Below are positions 37,755-50,500 of a stretch of 64,000 nucleotides of DNA, piece by piece. A program made the position numbers and the translations under genes. The notes under the pieces were generated by a model. That model saw only the letters and a list, made by a program, of their open reading frames with translations. It was not told the DNA's origin and ran no database searches. Origin of the DNA: Phyllobates terribilis (taxonomy: Eukaryota). The stretch covers positions 359,290,001 through 359,354,000 of the forward strand of contig NW_027362769.1 in the NCBI RefSeq assembly GCF_046119375.1, given 5' to 3'. Every line of letters begins with the position of its first letter. Within the stretch, counting starts at the first letter, position 1.

Positions 37755-38758
37755 TGTGACACCCCAGGGGTCTGGTTGCCACAGTGATAGAGATGTTATG
37801 TCTGAGAGCAGGTGGGAGGTCCTTTGGTCAGGGATCCTGTGCATGCCACACCTCCTGCCCAGTCTTGGGTGGGGAAGAACTTCCCCTATATAAACCCAGG
37901 GCTGAAGCAGGGTTAGGAGTCAAGGAGAGTAGAGACAAGAGACAGTCATAGGAAGAAACAGCTGGAGCTCAGTGGGAGCAATACTACTACGAGTCAGGGG
38001 CTGGCAGCTGCAGAGCTCGCCCTGACTGAGAAGCTTTCTTACCGGACCCGGCGTCCGAGGCTGTGGGGACTAACTCTTACCCAGCAGCAGAAGCCGACCG
38101 GCAGGGGATTTCAGGTCCTCAGGCCCAGAAACCCGAAGGCACGGTCACACGTGTGGGACCAGCACCGCCATCGTGGAGCGGAAGCCAATAGAAGGCCCCG
38201 AGTCACCGGCCATACGGGTGAGCACCACACGGTACACTCAGGGACGTGGGCTACTTATATCCGCTTCTAGCAAGGTAGCCAGAAGAGTACAGTCAGTTTG
38301 GGAGGCCTACAACTCCGCCTGGCCAGGGGAGATCCCATCTGCTCAAGGACTGACCAGGCCCCGTTCGCTAGCAAGTACTCCGGGAGGGTCTATCGTTGTT
38401 ACCAGTAAAGACCCTGAATTACACCGCACCGTCTCTGAGTGGTTCCTGCTACCCCCATCTTCCACGTCGGCTGCCCTGAGGCCATACCCCTCCCGTTGGG
38501 GGTTATACTATCACGCTGCACAATTCTACACCGGCCTCAGCGGTCTGCCCTGCAGCGGCAGCTCCATAGCTGCAAATCAACGGGTGGCGTAGTCGACACT
38601 CAAATAACATCTATCAAGACTGCCACACACTGAGTCTGACCCCCTGGGCACGGACCGGGTCCCCGCCACTCGGAGACTACAACCCTCATCTGATCCGGTT
38701 CCGGGTAAGCCCCCGTGCGCGAGACGCTACGCGACACAGCAGGCCCAGGGGCGCGTCA
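37755..38758 (+). repeat. 5' LTR, about 1 kb
   Basis: Starts TGTGACACCCC, ends ...GGGGCGCGTCA just before the PBS; TATATAAA near 37887. Confidence 0.8.
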
Positions 38759-38762
38759 ACTT

Positions 38763-38781
38763 TGGCGTAGTCGGCAGGATT
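38763..38781 (+). promoter_or_regulatory. Primer-binding site, tRNA-Ser
   Basis: TGGCGTAGTCGGCAGGATT is complementary to the 3' end of vertebrate tRNA-Ser (...AAUCCUGCCGACUACGCCA), recalled from established sequence. Confidence 0.85.
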
Positions 38782-38849
38782 TCGTGCCCGCAACCACCGG
38801 GTACTGCGTGCCTGAAAAGCAAAGACTGTTCAAACTTACCAGTGGTGAG

Positions 38850-38976
38850 GTTTCCCGCCATCCGGCGCCATCTTCTGCCTTCTTCCCGCCATCCGCGAAG
38901 TTTTCCCGCCATCCGGCGCCATCTTCGGCCTTCTTCCCGCCATCCGTGGAGTTTTCCCGCCATTGGACGCCATCTT
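38850..38976 (+). repeat. 51-bp tandem repeat (about 2.5 copies) in the Gypsy leader
   Basis: Unit gttttcccgccatccggcgccatcttcggccttcttcccgccatccgtgga. Confidence 0.85.
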
Positions 38977-39202
38977 GAGGACGCCGCGCGGGAAGAAGAG
39001 GGGCGTGGACTTCGAAAGCGCGCGAGAACTGAATCCCCGCCTCACGTCCGGACGTTGCGTAAGGTCCTGGAAGGAGCCCAGCAGACGCCGACGTCACTGG
39101 AGCGCGACGGAAGGTCCTCAACCCTGACGATCTACTGCGGAGCCGCGGCCTACGGAACAGGATCATCGCAAGGTAGGCCACGGTCCACTAGGGGGGAGGA
39201 AG

Positions 39203-40183
39203 ATGTCGGATACGGAGGAGAGCTTCACTGCCTCAACCCCCGCCAGCGCCACCGCTGCTGCAGTTATGCCCTTCACCATGCCCTATATCCCGGGAGCAGC
39301 TTGGCTACCCCAGTACTCAGGGGAGTCACATACCCTGCATGACTTTAGAGAAAAGCTGGATAGCCTCTTCCAGGTGTACCCCCTCACAGAAGAGCAAAAA
39401 GTGAGCATCCTGGTGGCCCAACTAACCGGGGCAGCTAAAAGGGAAGTAAAATCCTGGCCACCTGGGAGGAAGACTGTCGCAGGGATACTAACCCGGCTGA
39501 GGGATACCTTTGATACCCGCACCTCAGCCGAGATTAAGCTTAGATTCTACGGGTGCAAGCAGCGAGCGCATGAGAGTATAAGGGACTATGCACTAAACCT
39601 ACAAGAGGCCCTGAGGGCCATTAAGCAGACCGACCCTGATGGAGTGGGAAACGAGGACAGGCTGTTGACTGAACAATTTATAGAGGGACTGTATTGTAAT
39701 GCCCACCGAACCCAGTTGCGGGCGATGGCCTTACAGGATCCCCATCTGGGCTTTGCACAGTTCAAGGACAGAGCCATCCGGGTGCTCCGAGAACCGGCAC
39801 CGGGTGGCGTTATGACCCACAGGCGCCCAGCTATTACTTACCACCAGGAGGCGGCGCCCTTGTCGGCAGGGCCTGTGGGAGCTGATGCGCAGGCTTTGGA
39901 CAATGACCCGGCTCCAGACCTACACCATCAGGTCCAAGAGCTAGCTAAGAGCGTTGCTGCGCTAACCCGAACTGTGCAGTCTTTACAGGTTTCCACCCCA
40001 GGGAAGATCCAGCTGGCATCCGGACCGGAGGACATCCCGTGGCGTCGACCAAGGAGGACCCCACCGGCCAGAGGAAGACCCAGTGACCGATACAGCGAGG
40101 ACGGACGACCCATCTGCCGCCGCTGCAATCAACCCGGACATATGGCAAGGTACTGTTCTTTAAACGGGCACAACCTGGGGTAG
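39203..40183 (+). CDS. gag: Gypsy Gag with CCHC zinc knuckle, intact frame
   Basis: 326 aa; CRRCNQPGHMARYC. Confidence 0.9.
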   Translation: MSDTEESFTASTPASATAAAVMPFTMPYIPGAAWLPQYSGESHTLHDFREKLDSLFQVYPLTEEQKVSILVAQLTGAAKREVKSWPPGRKTVAGILTRLRDTFDTRTSAEIKLRFYGCKQRAHESIRDYALNLQEALRAIKQTDPDGVGNEDRLLTEQFIEGLYCNAHRTQLRAMALQDPHLGFAQFKDRAIRVLREPAPGGVMTHRRPAITYHQEAAPLSAGPVGADAQALDNDPAPDLHHQVQELAKSVAALTRTVQSLQVSTPGKIQLASGPEDIPWRRPRRTPPARGRPSDRYSEDGRPICRRCNQPGHMARYCSLNGHNLG

Positions 40184-43100
40184 AGGGCCAACCCCCAGGA
40201 AAAAGATCACCAGGCCCATCGAACTGGCGCGACAGATATGTGGGAGGACGTCCAGTCTTGCCGGTGGTACTGGATGGCATTCCCATGAGTGCCCTACTGG
40301 ACACCGGGTCGCAGGTCACCACCATCCCGTACGTGCTCTTTAAGCAGTACTGGAATGACTCGGATATTACCCGCTACCCTGACGACGACTTGAGTATCAT
40401 CGCCAGCAATGGCCAGCCCGTGCCACAGATCGGATTTAAAGAGGTGACCATCAAAATCGGTAGAGTCGAACTGGCAGCACAGGGACTGATCATTGTAGAT
40501 ATTGACAAACATGAGAGTCACCCAAAAATAACTCTAGGAACTAATGTAATTGAAAATTGTCTTGCAGAGGTGATTTTCCTTTTACAGCAGGTTGCCAAGA
40601 ACGCCAGCTCCGGCGAGCAGCGGGTGCTCCAGAAAGAGATCCGGGCACTGATGCGACGGCAACAGGTGGAACTCTCCGGCGGTGAGATTGGTAGCGTAAG
40701 AATGTGTGACCCTTTTCCTATTGCCATGCCCCCAAAAAGTGAAATGATGATTTGGTGCCGGGCAGCTATTGGTCTGAGAGGTAGGGATTATCAGGCAATG
40801 ATAGAACCAGTTTACTCAGACAGTAGGCCCACCATTTTGACAGCACGGGGGGTGGTTGATGTACGCCATGGGAGGGTGCCCGTTCGCATAATAAATATCG
40901 GGGAGAGGGAAGTGTACCTGCCCCGGTATGCCACGCTAGCCAAATTATATACCATTAACCAAAATTCTATACAATCTGTGGAACCCTTGCCTCCATCTCA
41001 CCCGGAGGAAGGTAACGGCTCTAAGAAAAACATGGAGGACTGGTGTCAGCAACTACATCTGGGTACTGACTCCACTCCCTCACACCAGAAACAAGGAGTC
41101 TATCGGGTGGTTCAGGAGTACGAGAGAGTGTTCAGTAAACACCCGTTAGACTTCGGGCGAGTCAAGGGGGTAGAACACCACATCCCCACGGGAGACCATC
41201 CTCCTATAAAAGAGAGGTATCGACCCGTACCCCCTGCCCACTACCAACACGCCAAGGGGATGCTTAGAGACATGAAGGAGGCTGGGGTGATCAGGGATAG
41301 CTGTAGCCCCTGGGCAGCTCCACTAGTCTTAGTCAGAAAAAAAGACAACACCATGAGGATGTGTGTAGATTACCGGAAAATCAACCGTATCACACACAAG
41401 GATGCGTACCCCTTACCAAGGATAGAGGAGTCATTGGCTGCTTTAAGATCTGCTAACTTCTTCTCTACCTTGGATCTCACTAGCGGGTACTGGCAGGTTC
41501 CTGTAGCAGAGGCGGACCGGGAGAAGACCGCATTCACCACCCCGATGGGACTTAGCGAGTTCACCTGCATGCCGTTCGGACTCTGCAACGCACCAGGAAC
41601 CTTCCAACGACTAATGGAGTGTTGTCTGGGCCACAGAAACTTCGAGACGGTCTTGTTGTACCTGGACGATGTCATCGTATATTCCAAGACGTATGAGGAC
41701 CAACTGAAACACCTGGCGGAAGTGTTCGAAGCTCTGGCGAGTTACGGCCTAAAGGTGAAACCCTCCTAGTGTCACCTCCTGAAACCAAAGGTGCAGTACC
41801 TGGGACACGTGGTGAGCGCTGACGGAGTGGCTCCCGACCCTGATAAGATCACCGCAATTAAGGAATGGCCAAGCCCCTCCAGCGTAAAAGAAGTGCGGCA
41901 GTTCCTCGGGTTCGTAGGCTACTACCGAAGGTTTATTCCCGGTTTCACCAAAAAGGCAGCACCTATGCAGGACCTCCTGATAGGCCAGTCCTGGAAGGCC
42001 AAGAACCAGAAGCCGCCCTTCAAATGGGAGGAGTTGGAAGAAGAGTCCTTCCGCCAGCTGAAGATGGCCCTCACGGGGGACGAAATCCTGGCGTACCCGG
42101 ATTATAGCCAGCCCTTTATCCTCTACACCGACGCCAGTAACATCGGGCTAGGAGCCGTACTGTCCCAGATCCAGCAGGGGAAGGAACGAGTAATCGCCTA
42201 CGCCAGCCGAAAACTGCGACCCACCGAAAGGAACCCCGAGAATTACAGCTCATTTAAGCTAGAGTTTAACCCGTTGACACACCTGGACACGGCAAGACTC
42301 GGTGCCCTGGAGCAGAGGTGGATGGCCCGTCTGTCCAACTACGAGTTCACAATCAAATACCGGGCCGGACGCTCCAATACCAACGCGGATGCCCTGTCCA
42401 GGATGCCCAACCTGCCGGACGAAGGAGAAGATCCGGAGGGACTGGAAGAAGTTGAACTCCCTGCGTTCCACCGTCATGGGACTATCCAGTATTCCCACTG
42501 GGTAAGGAGTAAGCAGGCTGCTACGTTGAACCCCTTACCTCACTACAACTGGGCGGAAACGCAAGACAGCGACCCTGCCGTCCGACTGGTGAAGGAGATG
42601 CTGACTCGCCCGGAGGCTTGCCTTGAACCAGACGCTCCGGAGGAAGCCAAACAACTATGGGCAGAGAAGAGTCGACTGTTCCTTTACAAGGGGAAGTTGT
42701 GCCGCAGAATGGTTAACTCCCGGACGCATGAACTACTCTGGCAAGTAGTGGTGCCACGAAGAGACGCAGCCATGGTGATGGAGGCATACCACGACGGAGC
42801 TGGACACTTCGGGTGGAAGAAGCTGGAGTTCCTGCTGCGCGAGCGATTCCACTGGGTAGGCATGAGGGGAACCATTGAGAAGTGGTGCAGAGACTGTGGC
42901 CCGTGCAACCTGAGAAGGAAGGACCGTGCCAGCCAGAAGACTCCCCTGCAGTCCATCGTCACCCGGCAACCGTTGGAACTGGTAGCCTTGGATCATGTAA
43001 AACTGACCCCAAGCAGAAGTGGCTACGTCTACGCGTTAACCATCGTGGATCATTACTCCCGGTTCTTGGTTGTCGTCCCCGTCAAGGACTTAACGGCTCA

Positions 43101-44217
43101 AACAGCAGCTAGAGCCTTCCAGCAGCACTTTTGCCGTCCACACGGGTACCCGGACCAAGTGCTGACGGACCAGGGACCTGCCTTTGAAGCGGAAGTCTTC
43201 CAGGAATTCTGCAATCTGTATGGCTGCCGGAAGATAAGGACGACACCCTACCATCCGCAAACTAATGGACTTTGTGAGAAAATGAACCAGGTGGTAATGG
43301 ATCTTTTAAAAACGTTGCCCCTGGAAGAACGCAGTCTGTGGCCTGAGAAGTTGCCCGATCTGGTGGACCTATACAACCACATCCCGGTAGGTTCCACCAA
43401 CTGTACCCCGGCTTACCTAATGAGGGCAAGACCTGGTAAGTTACCTGTTGACCTGGAAATGGGAGTCCTGACACCCGAGGACACTTCACCAGAAACAGAC
43501 TGGGACACGGAGAGGCAGCAGCAGTACCGGAGAGTACAGGAGAGCGTGGAGCGAAGTCTCTGTCAGGCTAGGGAAAGACAAGAGAAAACTTACAACCAGT
43601 ATGCTCCCGCTGTTCCCCTGGTACCCGGAGAGCAGGTCTTGAAGAGGAAGAGACGGCTCCACAAGTTGGACGACCAGTGGGAAAAGGACCCGTACACCGT
43701 ACTGCCCTCAAGCCACGAGAACCCGAAGGTTTGTACCATCAGTAAAGACGGAGGGGAAACCACAGCTATTGTATCCCGGGACTACCTGAAGAAGTGTCCC
43801 GAACAACTGAGGAACCCTGAAGAGGAACAAGAAGACCATCGACCCGTAGAGGAAAGGGAAGATATGGTTAGTACTGTGCTCGGGGACTTCCCTCGGTCTT
43901 GGACTCAAGTCAATGGTGCAGTTGTGGTACCCGTACTCACCTTCCTCCAACCAGCATCCCAAGCACCTACGGAGCAACAGGTAGAGCTGGAAGAACAGCC
44001 GGTCCAGGAGGCAGAAGACCCCACACCCGCAGACCAGGAGAATCAACTCTCTGCTTGCAGTGAGCCTGCCATATCCCTAGTGAGCCAAAGAGCCGGTAGA
44101 CAGCTGCCCAGTTTACCCTTGACAGCTCCTACACCCTGTAGTTCAGGGCTAGGCAGTCAGCTCCGTAGGTCCACTAGGGCCACTAGAGGCCAGTTACCCG
44201 CACTGTGGAGGATTTGA
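40159..44217 (+). pseudogene. pol: Gypsy pol (PR-RT-RH-IN) with a nonsense codon and an RNase H deletion
   Basis: LDTGS, YLDD, DAS, integrase H-H-C-C and DDE motifs; TAG at 41767-41769 where PSKC is expected; KLEF|NPL junction near 42267 lacks the usual TD[NH]-containing segment. Confidence 0.92.
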
Positions 44218-44554
44218 AGTGTATAAATTGTTTTATTTATGTTTACCTGTGTATTGTTGCTTGTGTATAATTTTGTGTTTCTAGTTATTTGTAGGAGTCC
44301 TTGGTGGATTTACCAGGAATCCTTGTACATAGTTGGAGCGCAACCCAGGACGGACTAAAGACTGTTAAGGACTCGGGGTAGGACAAACCCCTACCTGGTT
44401 AGGTCTCCCTGTTTTGGTGAAATGGACACCTTGCTTTTCTTCAAAGACTGCACCCGGTTACGGACATGCCGTAACCATCTTTATATGTTTTTCTTATTGT
44501 ATTATTATTGTTTTTATCTTGTTATGTTTTTCTAAAATATGTTTAGTCCCGGAG

Positions 44555-47500
44555 TACAGTATATAGAGCAGTGTGTATAGTATATAGAGCTGCCTGTACA
44601 GTATATAGAGCAGCCTGTACAGTATTTAGAGCAGGGTGTACAGTATATAGAGCAGCCTGTACAGTATATAGAGCAGTGTGTACAGTATATAGAGCAGTGT
44701 GTACAGTATATAGAGCAGCCTGTACAGTTTATAGAGCAGTGTGTACAGTATATAGAGCAGTGTGTACAGTATATAGAGCAGCCTGTACAGTTTATAGAGC
44801 AGTGTGTACAGTATATAGAGCAGTGTGTACAGTTTATAGAGCAGTGTGTACAGTATATAGAGCAGTGTGTACAGTATATAGAGCAGCCTGTACAGTTTAT
44901 AGAGCAGTGTGTACAGTATATAGAGCTGCCTGTACAGTATATAGAGCAGTGTGTACAGTATATAGAGCAGCCTGTACAGTATACAGAGCAGGGTGTACAG
45001 TATATAGAGCAGTGTGTACAGTATATAGAGCAGCCTGTACAGTATATAGAACAGTGTGTATAGTATATAGAGCTGCCTGTACAGTATATAGAGCAGTGTG
45101 TACAGTATATAGAGCAGCCTTTACAGTTTATAGAGCAGTGTGTACAGTATATAGAGCAGCCTGTACAGTATATAAAGCAGGGTGTACAGTATATAGAGCA
45201 GTTTGTACAGTATATAGAGCAGTGTGTACACTATATAGAGCAGCCTGTACAGTATATAGAGCAGTGTGTACAGTATATAGAGCAGTGTGTACAGTATATA
45301 GAGCAGCCTGTACAGTTTATAGAGCAGTGTGTACAGTATATAGAGCTGCCTGTACAGTATATAGAGCAGTGTGTACAGTATATAGAGCTGCCTGTACAGT
45401 ATATAGAGCAGTGTGTACAGTATATAGAGCAGCCTGTACAGTACATAGAGCAGCGTGTGTATAGTATATAGAGCAGCCTGTACAGTATATAGAGCAGTGT
45501 GTACAGTATATAGAGCAGCCTGTACAGTATATAGAGCAGTGTGTACAGTATATAGAGCAGCCTGTACAGTATATAGAGCAGGGTGTACAGTATATAGAGC
45601 AGGGTGTACAGTATATAGAGCAGCCTGTACAGTATATAGAGCAGCCTGTACAGTATATAGAGCAGTGTGTACAGTATATAGAGCAGCCTGTACAGTTTAT
45701 AGAGCAGTGTGTACAGTATATAGAGCCGTGTGTATAGTATATAGAGCAGCCTGTACAGTATATAGAGCAGCCTGTACAGTATATAGAGCAGTGTGTACAG
45801 TATATAGAGCAGCCTGTACAGTATATAGAGCAGTGTGTATAGTATATAGAGCAGCCTGTACAGTATATAGAAGAGTGTGTACAGTATATAGAGCAGTGTG
45901 TACAGTATATAGAGCAGCCTGTACAGTATATAGAGCAGTGTGTGCAGTATATAGAGCTGCCTGTACAGTATATAGAGCAGTGTGTACAGTATATAGAGCA
46001 GCCTGTACAGTATATAGAGCAGTGTGTGCAGTATATAGAGCTGCCTGTACAGTATATAGGGCAGTGTGTACAGTATATAGAGCAGCCTGTACAGTATATA
46101 GAGCAGCCTGTACAGTATATAGAGCAGTGCGTTTAGTATATAGAGCTGCCTCTACAGTATATAGAGCAGTGTGTACAGTATATAGAGCAGGGTGTACAGT
46201 ATATAGAGCAGTGTGTACAGTATATAGAGCAGCCTGTACAGTATACTGAACAGTGTACAGTATATAGAGCAGCCTGTACAGTATATAGAGCAGCGTGTAC
46301 AGTATATAGAGCAGTGTGTATAGTATATAGAGCAGCCTGTACAGTATATAGAGCAGCGTGTGCAGTATATAGAGCAGGGTGTACAGTATATAGAGCAGTG
46401 TGTATAGTATATAGAGCTGCTTGTACAGTATATAGAGCAGTGTGTACAGTATATAGAGCAGCCTGTACAGTATATAGAGCTGCCTGTACAGTATATAGAG
46501 CAGTGTGTACAGTATATAGAGCAGCGTGTACAGTATATAGAGCTGCCTGTACAGTATATAGAGCAGTGTGTACAGTATATAGAGCAGTGTGTATAGTATA
46601 TAGAGCTGCTTGTACAGTATATAGAGCAGTGTGTACAGTATATAGAGCAGCCTGTACAGTATATAGAGCTGCCTGTACAGTATATAGAGCAGTGTGTACA
46701 GTATATAGAGCAGCGTGTACAGTATATAGAGCTGCCTGTACAGTATATAGAGCAGTGTGTACAGTATATAGAGCAGTATATACAGTGTATAGAGCAGTGT
46801 GTACAGTATATAGAGCAGCCTGTACAGTATATAGAGCAGTGTGTACAGTATATAGAGCAGCCTGTACAGTATATAGAGCAGTGTGTAGAGTATATAGAGC
46901 AGCGTGTACAGTATATAGAGCAGTGTGTACAGTATATAGAGCAGCCTGTACAGTATATAGAGCAGTGTGTACAGTATATAGAGCAGCCTGTACAGTATAT
47001 AGAGCAGTGTGTAGAGTATATAGAGCAGCGTGTACAGTATATAGAGCAGTGTGTACAGTATATAGAGCAGCCTGTACAGTATATAGAGCAGTGTGTAGAG
47101 TATATAGAGCAGCGTGTACAGTATATAGAGCAGTGTGTACAGTATATAGAGCTGCCTGTACAGTATATAGAGCAGTGTGTACAGTATATAGAGCAGCCTG
47201 TACAGAATATAGAGCAGCCTGTACAGTATATAGATCAGTGTGTACAGTATATAGTTCAGTGTGTACAGTATATAGAGCAGCCTGTAGAGTATATAGAGCA
47301 GTGTGTACAGTATATAGAGCAGTATATACAGTGTATAGAGCAGTGTGTACAGTATATAGAGCAGTGTGTACAGTATATAGAGCAGTGTGTGCAGTATATA
47401 GAGCAGCATATACAGTGTACAGAGCAGTGTGTACAGTATATAGAGCAGTGTGTACAGTATAAAGAGCTGCCTGTACAGTATATAGATCAGTGTGTACAGT

Positions 47501-50500
47501 ATATAGAGCTGCCTGTACAGTATATAGAGCAGTGTGTACAGTATATAGAGCAGCCTGTACAGAATATAGAGCAGCCTGTACAGTATATAGATCAGTATGT
47601 ACAGTATATAGAGCTGCCTGTACAGTATATAGAGCAGTGTGTACAGTATATAGAGCTGCCTGTACAGTATATAGAGCAGCCTGTACAGAATATAGAGCAG
47701 CCTGTACAGTATATAGATCAGTGTGTACAGTATATAGTTCAGTTTCTACAGTATATAGAGCAGTGTGTACAGTATATAGAGCTGCCTGTACAGTATATAG
47801 AGCAGCCTGTACAGAATATAGAGCAGCCTGTACAGTATATAGATCAGTGTGTACAGTATATAGTTCAGTTTGTACAGTATATAGAGCAGCCTGTACAGTA
47901 TATAGATCAGTGTGTACAGTATATAGTTCAGTGTGTACAGTATATAGAGCAGCCTGTACAGTATATAGAGCAGGGTGTACAGTTTATAGAGCAGTCTGTA
48001 CAGTATATAGTTCAGTGTGTACAGTATATAGAGCAGAGTGTACAGTATATAGATCAGTGTGTACAGTATATAGTTCAGTTTGTACAGTATATAGAGCAGC
48101 CTGTACAGTATATAGTTCAGTGTGTACAGTATATAGAGCAGCCTGTACAGTATATAGAGCAGGGTGTACAGTATATAGAGCAGTCTGTACAGTATATAGT
48201 TCAGTGTGTACAGTATATAGAGCAGAGTGTACAGTATATAGAGCAGTGTGTACAGTATATAGAGCAGCCTGTACAGTATATAGAGCAGTGTGTACAATAT
48301 ATAGAGCAGTGTGTATAGTATACAGAGCAGCCTGTACAGTATATAGAGCAGTGTGTACAGTATATAGAGCAGTATATACAGTGTATAGAGCAGTGTGTAC
48401 AGTATATAGAGCAGCCTGTACAGTATATAGAGCTGCCTGTACAGTATATAGATCAGTGTGTACAGTATATAGAGCAGCCTGTACAGAATATAGAGCAGCC
48501 TGTACAGTATATAGATCAGTGTGTACAGTATATAGTTCAGTGTGTACAGTATATAGAGCAGTGTGTACAGTATATAGAGCAGTATATACAGTGTATAGAG
48601 CAGTGTGTAAAGTATATAGAGCAGTGTGTACAGTATATAGAGTAGTGTGTACTGTATATAGAGCAGCCTGTACAGTATATAGAGCAGTGTGTACAGTATA
48701 TAGATCAGTGTATACAGTGTATAGAGCAGTGTGTAAAGTATATAGATCAGTGTGTACAGTATATAGTTCAGTGTGTACAGTATATAGAGCAGTGTGTACA
48801 GTATATAGAGCAGTATATACAGTGTATAGAGCAGTGTGTAAAGTATATAGAGCAGTGTGTACAGTATATAGAGTAGTGTGTACTGTATATAGAGCAGCCT
48901 GTACAGTATATAGAGCAGTGTGTACAGTATATAGAGCAGTATATACAGTGTATAGAGCAGTGTGTAAAGTATATAGAGCAGTGTGTACAGTATATAGAGT
49001 AGTGTGTACTGTATATAGAGCTGCCTGTACAGTATATAGAGCAGTGTGTACAGTATATAGAGCAGCCTGTACAGTATATAGAGCAGTGTGTACAGTATAT
49101 AGAGCTGCCTGTACAGTATATAGAGCAGTGTGTACAGTATATAGAGCAGCCTGTACAGTACATAGAGCAGCGTGTACAGTATATAGAGCAGTGTGTATAG
49201 TATATAGAGCAGCCTGTACAGTATATAGAGCAGTGTGTACAGTATATAGAGCAGCCTGTACAGTATATAGAGCAGTGTGTACAGTATATAGAGCAGCCTG
49301 TACAGTATATAGAGCAGTGTGTACAGTATATAGAGCCGTGTGTATAGTATATAGAGCAGCCTGTACAGTATATAGAAGAGTGTGTACAGTATATAGAGCA
49401 GTGTGTACAGTATATAGAGTAGTGTGTACAGTATATAGAGCTGCCTGTACAGTATATAGAGCAGTGTGTACAGTATATAGAGCAGCCTGTATAGTATATA
49501 GAGCAGTGTGTACAGTATATAGAGCTGCCTGTACAGTATATAGAGCAGTGTGTACAGTATATAGAGCAGCCTGTACAGTACATAGAGCAGCGTGTACAGT
49601 ATATAGAGCAGTGTGTATAGTATATAGAGCAGCCTGTACAGTATATAGAGCAGTGTGTACAGTATATAGAGCAGCCTGTACAGTATATAGAGCAGTGTGT
49701 ACAGTATATAGAGCAGCCTGTACAGTATATAGAGCAGTGTGTACAGTATATAGAGCAGTGTGTACAGTATATAGAGCAGCCTGTACAGTATATAGAGCAG
49801 TGTTTGCAGTATATAGAGCTGCCTGTACAGTATATAGAGCAGTGTGTACAGTATATAGAGCAGCCTGTACAGTATATAGAGCAGTGTGTACAGTATATAG
49901 AGCAGCCTGTACAGTATATAGAGCAGCCTGTACAGTATATAGATCAGTGCGTTTAGTATATAGAGCTGCCTCTACAGTATATAGAGCAGTGTGTACAGTA
50001 TATAGAGCAGGGTGTACAGTATATAGAGCAGTGTGTACAGTATATAGAGCAGCCTGTACAGTATACAGAACAGTGTACAGTATATAGAGCAGCCTGTACA
50101 GTATATAGAGCAGTGTGTACAGTATATAGAGCAGCGTGTACAGTATATAGAGCAGTGTGTATAGTATATAGAGCAGCCTGTACAGTATATAGAGCAGCGT
50201 GTGCAGTATATAGAGCAGGGTGTACAGTATATAGAGCAGCGTGTACAGTATATAGAGCAGTGTGTACAGTATATAGAGCAGTGTGTATACTATATAGAGC
50301 TGCTTGTACAGTATATAGAGCAGTGTGTACAGTATATAGAGCAGCCTGTACAGTATATAGAGCTGCCTGTACAGTATATAGAGCAGTGTGTACAGTATAT
50401 AGAGCAGCGTGTACAGTATATAGAGCTGCCTGTACAGTATATAGAGCAGTGTGTACAGTATATAGAGCAGTATATACAGTGTATAGAGCAGTGTGTACAG

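Larger units (their letters stand above)
37755..44554 (+). mobile_element. Ty3/Gypsy LTR retrotransposon; 3' LTR and PPT missing
   Basis: LTR-PBS-gag-pol (PR, RT, RNase H, IN order); the 3' UTR fuses to satellite at ...gtcccggag|tacag. Confidence 0.95.
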
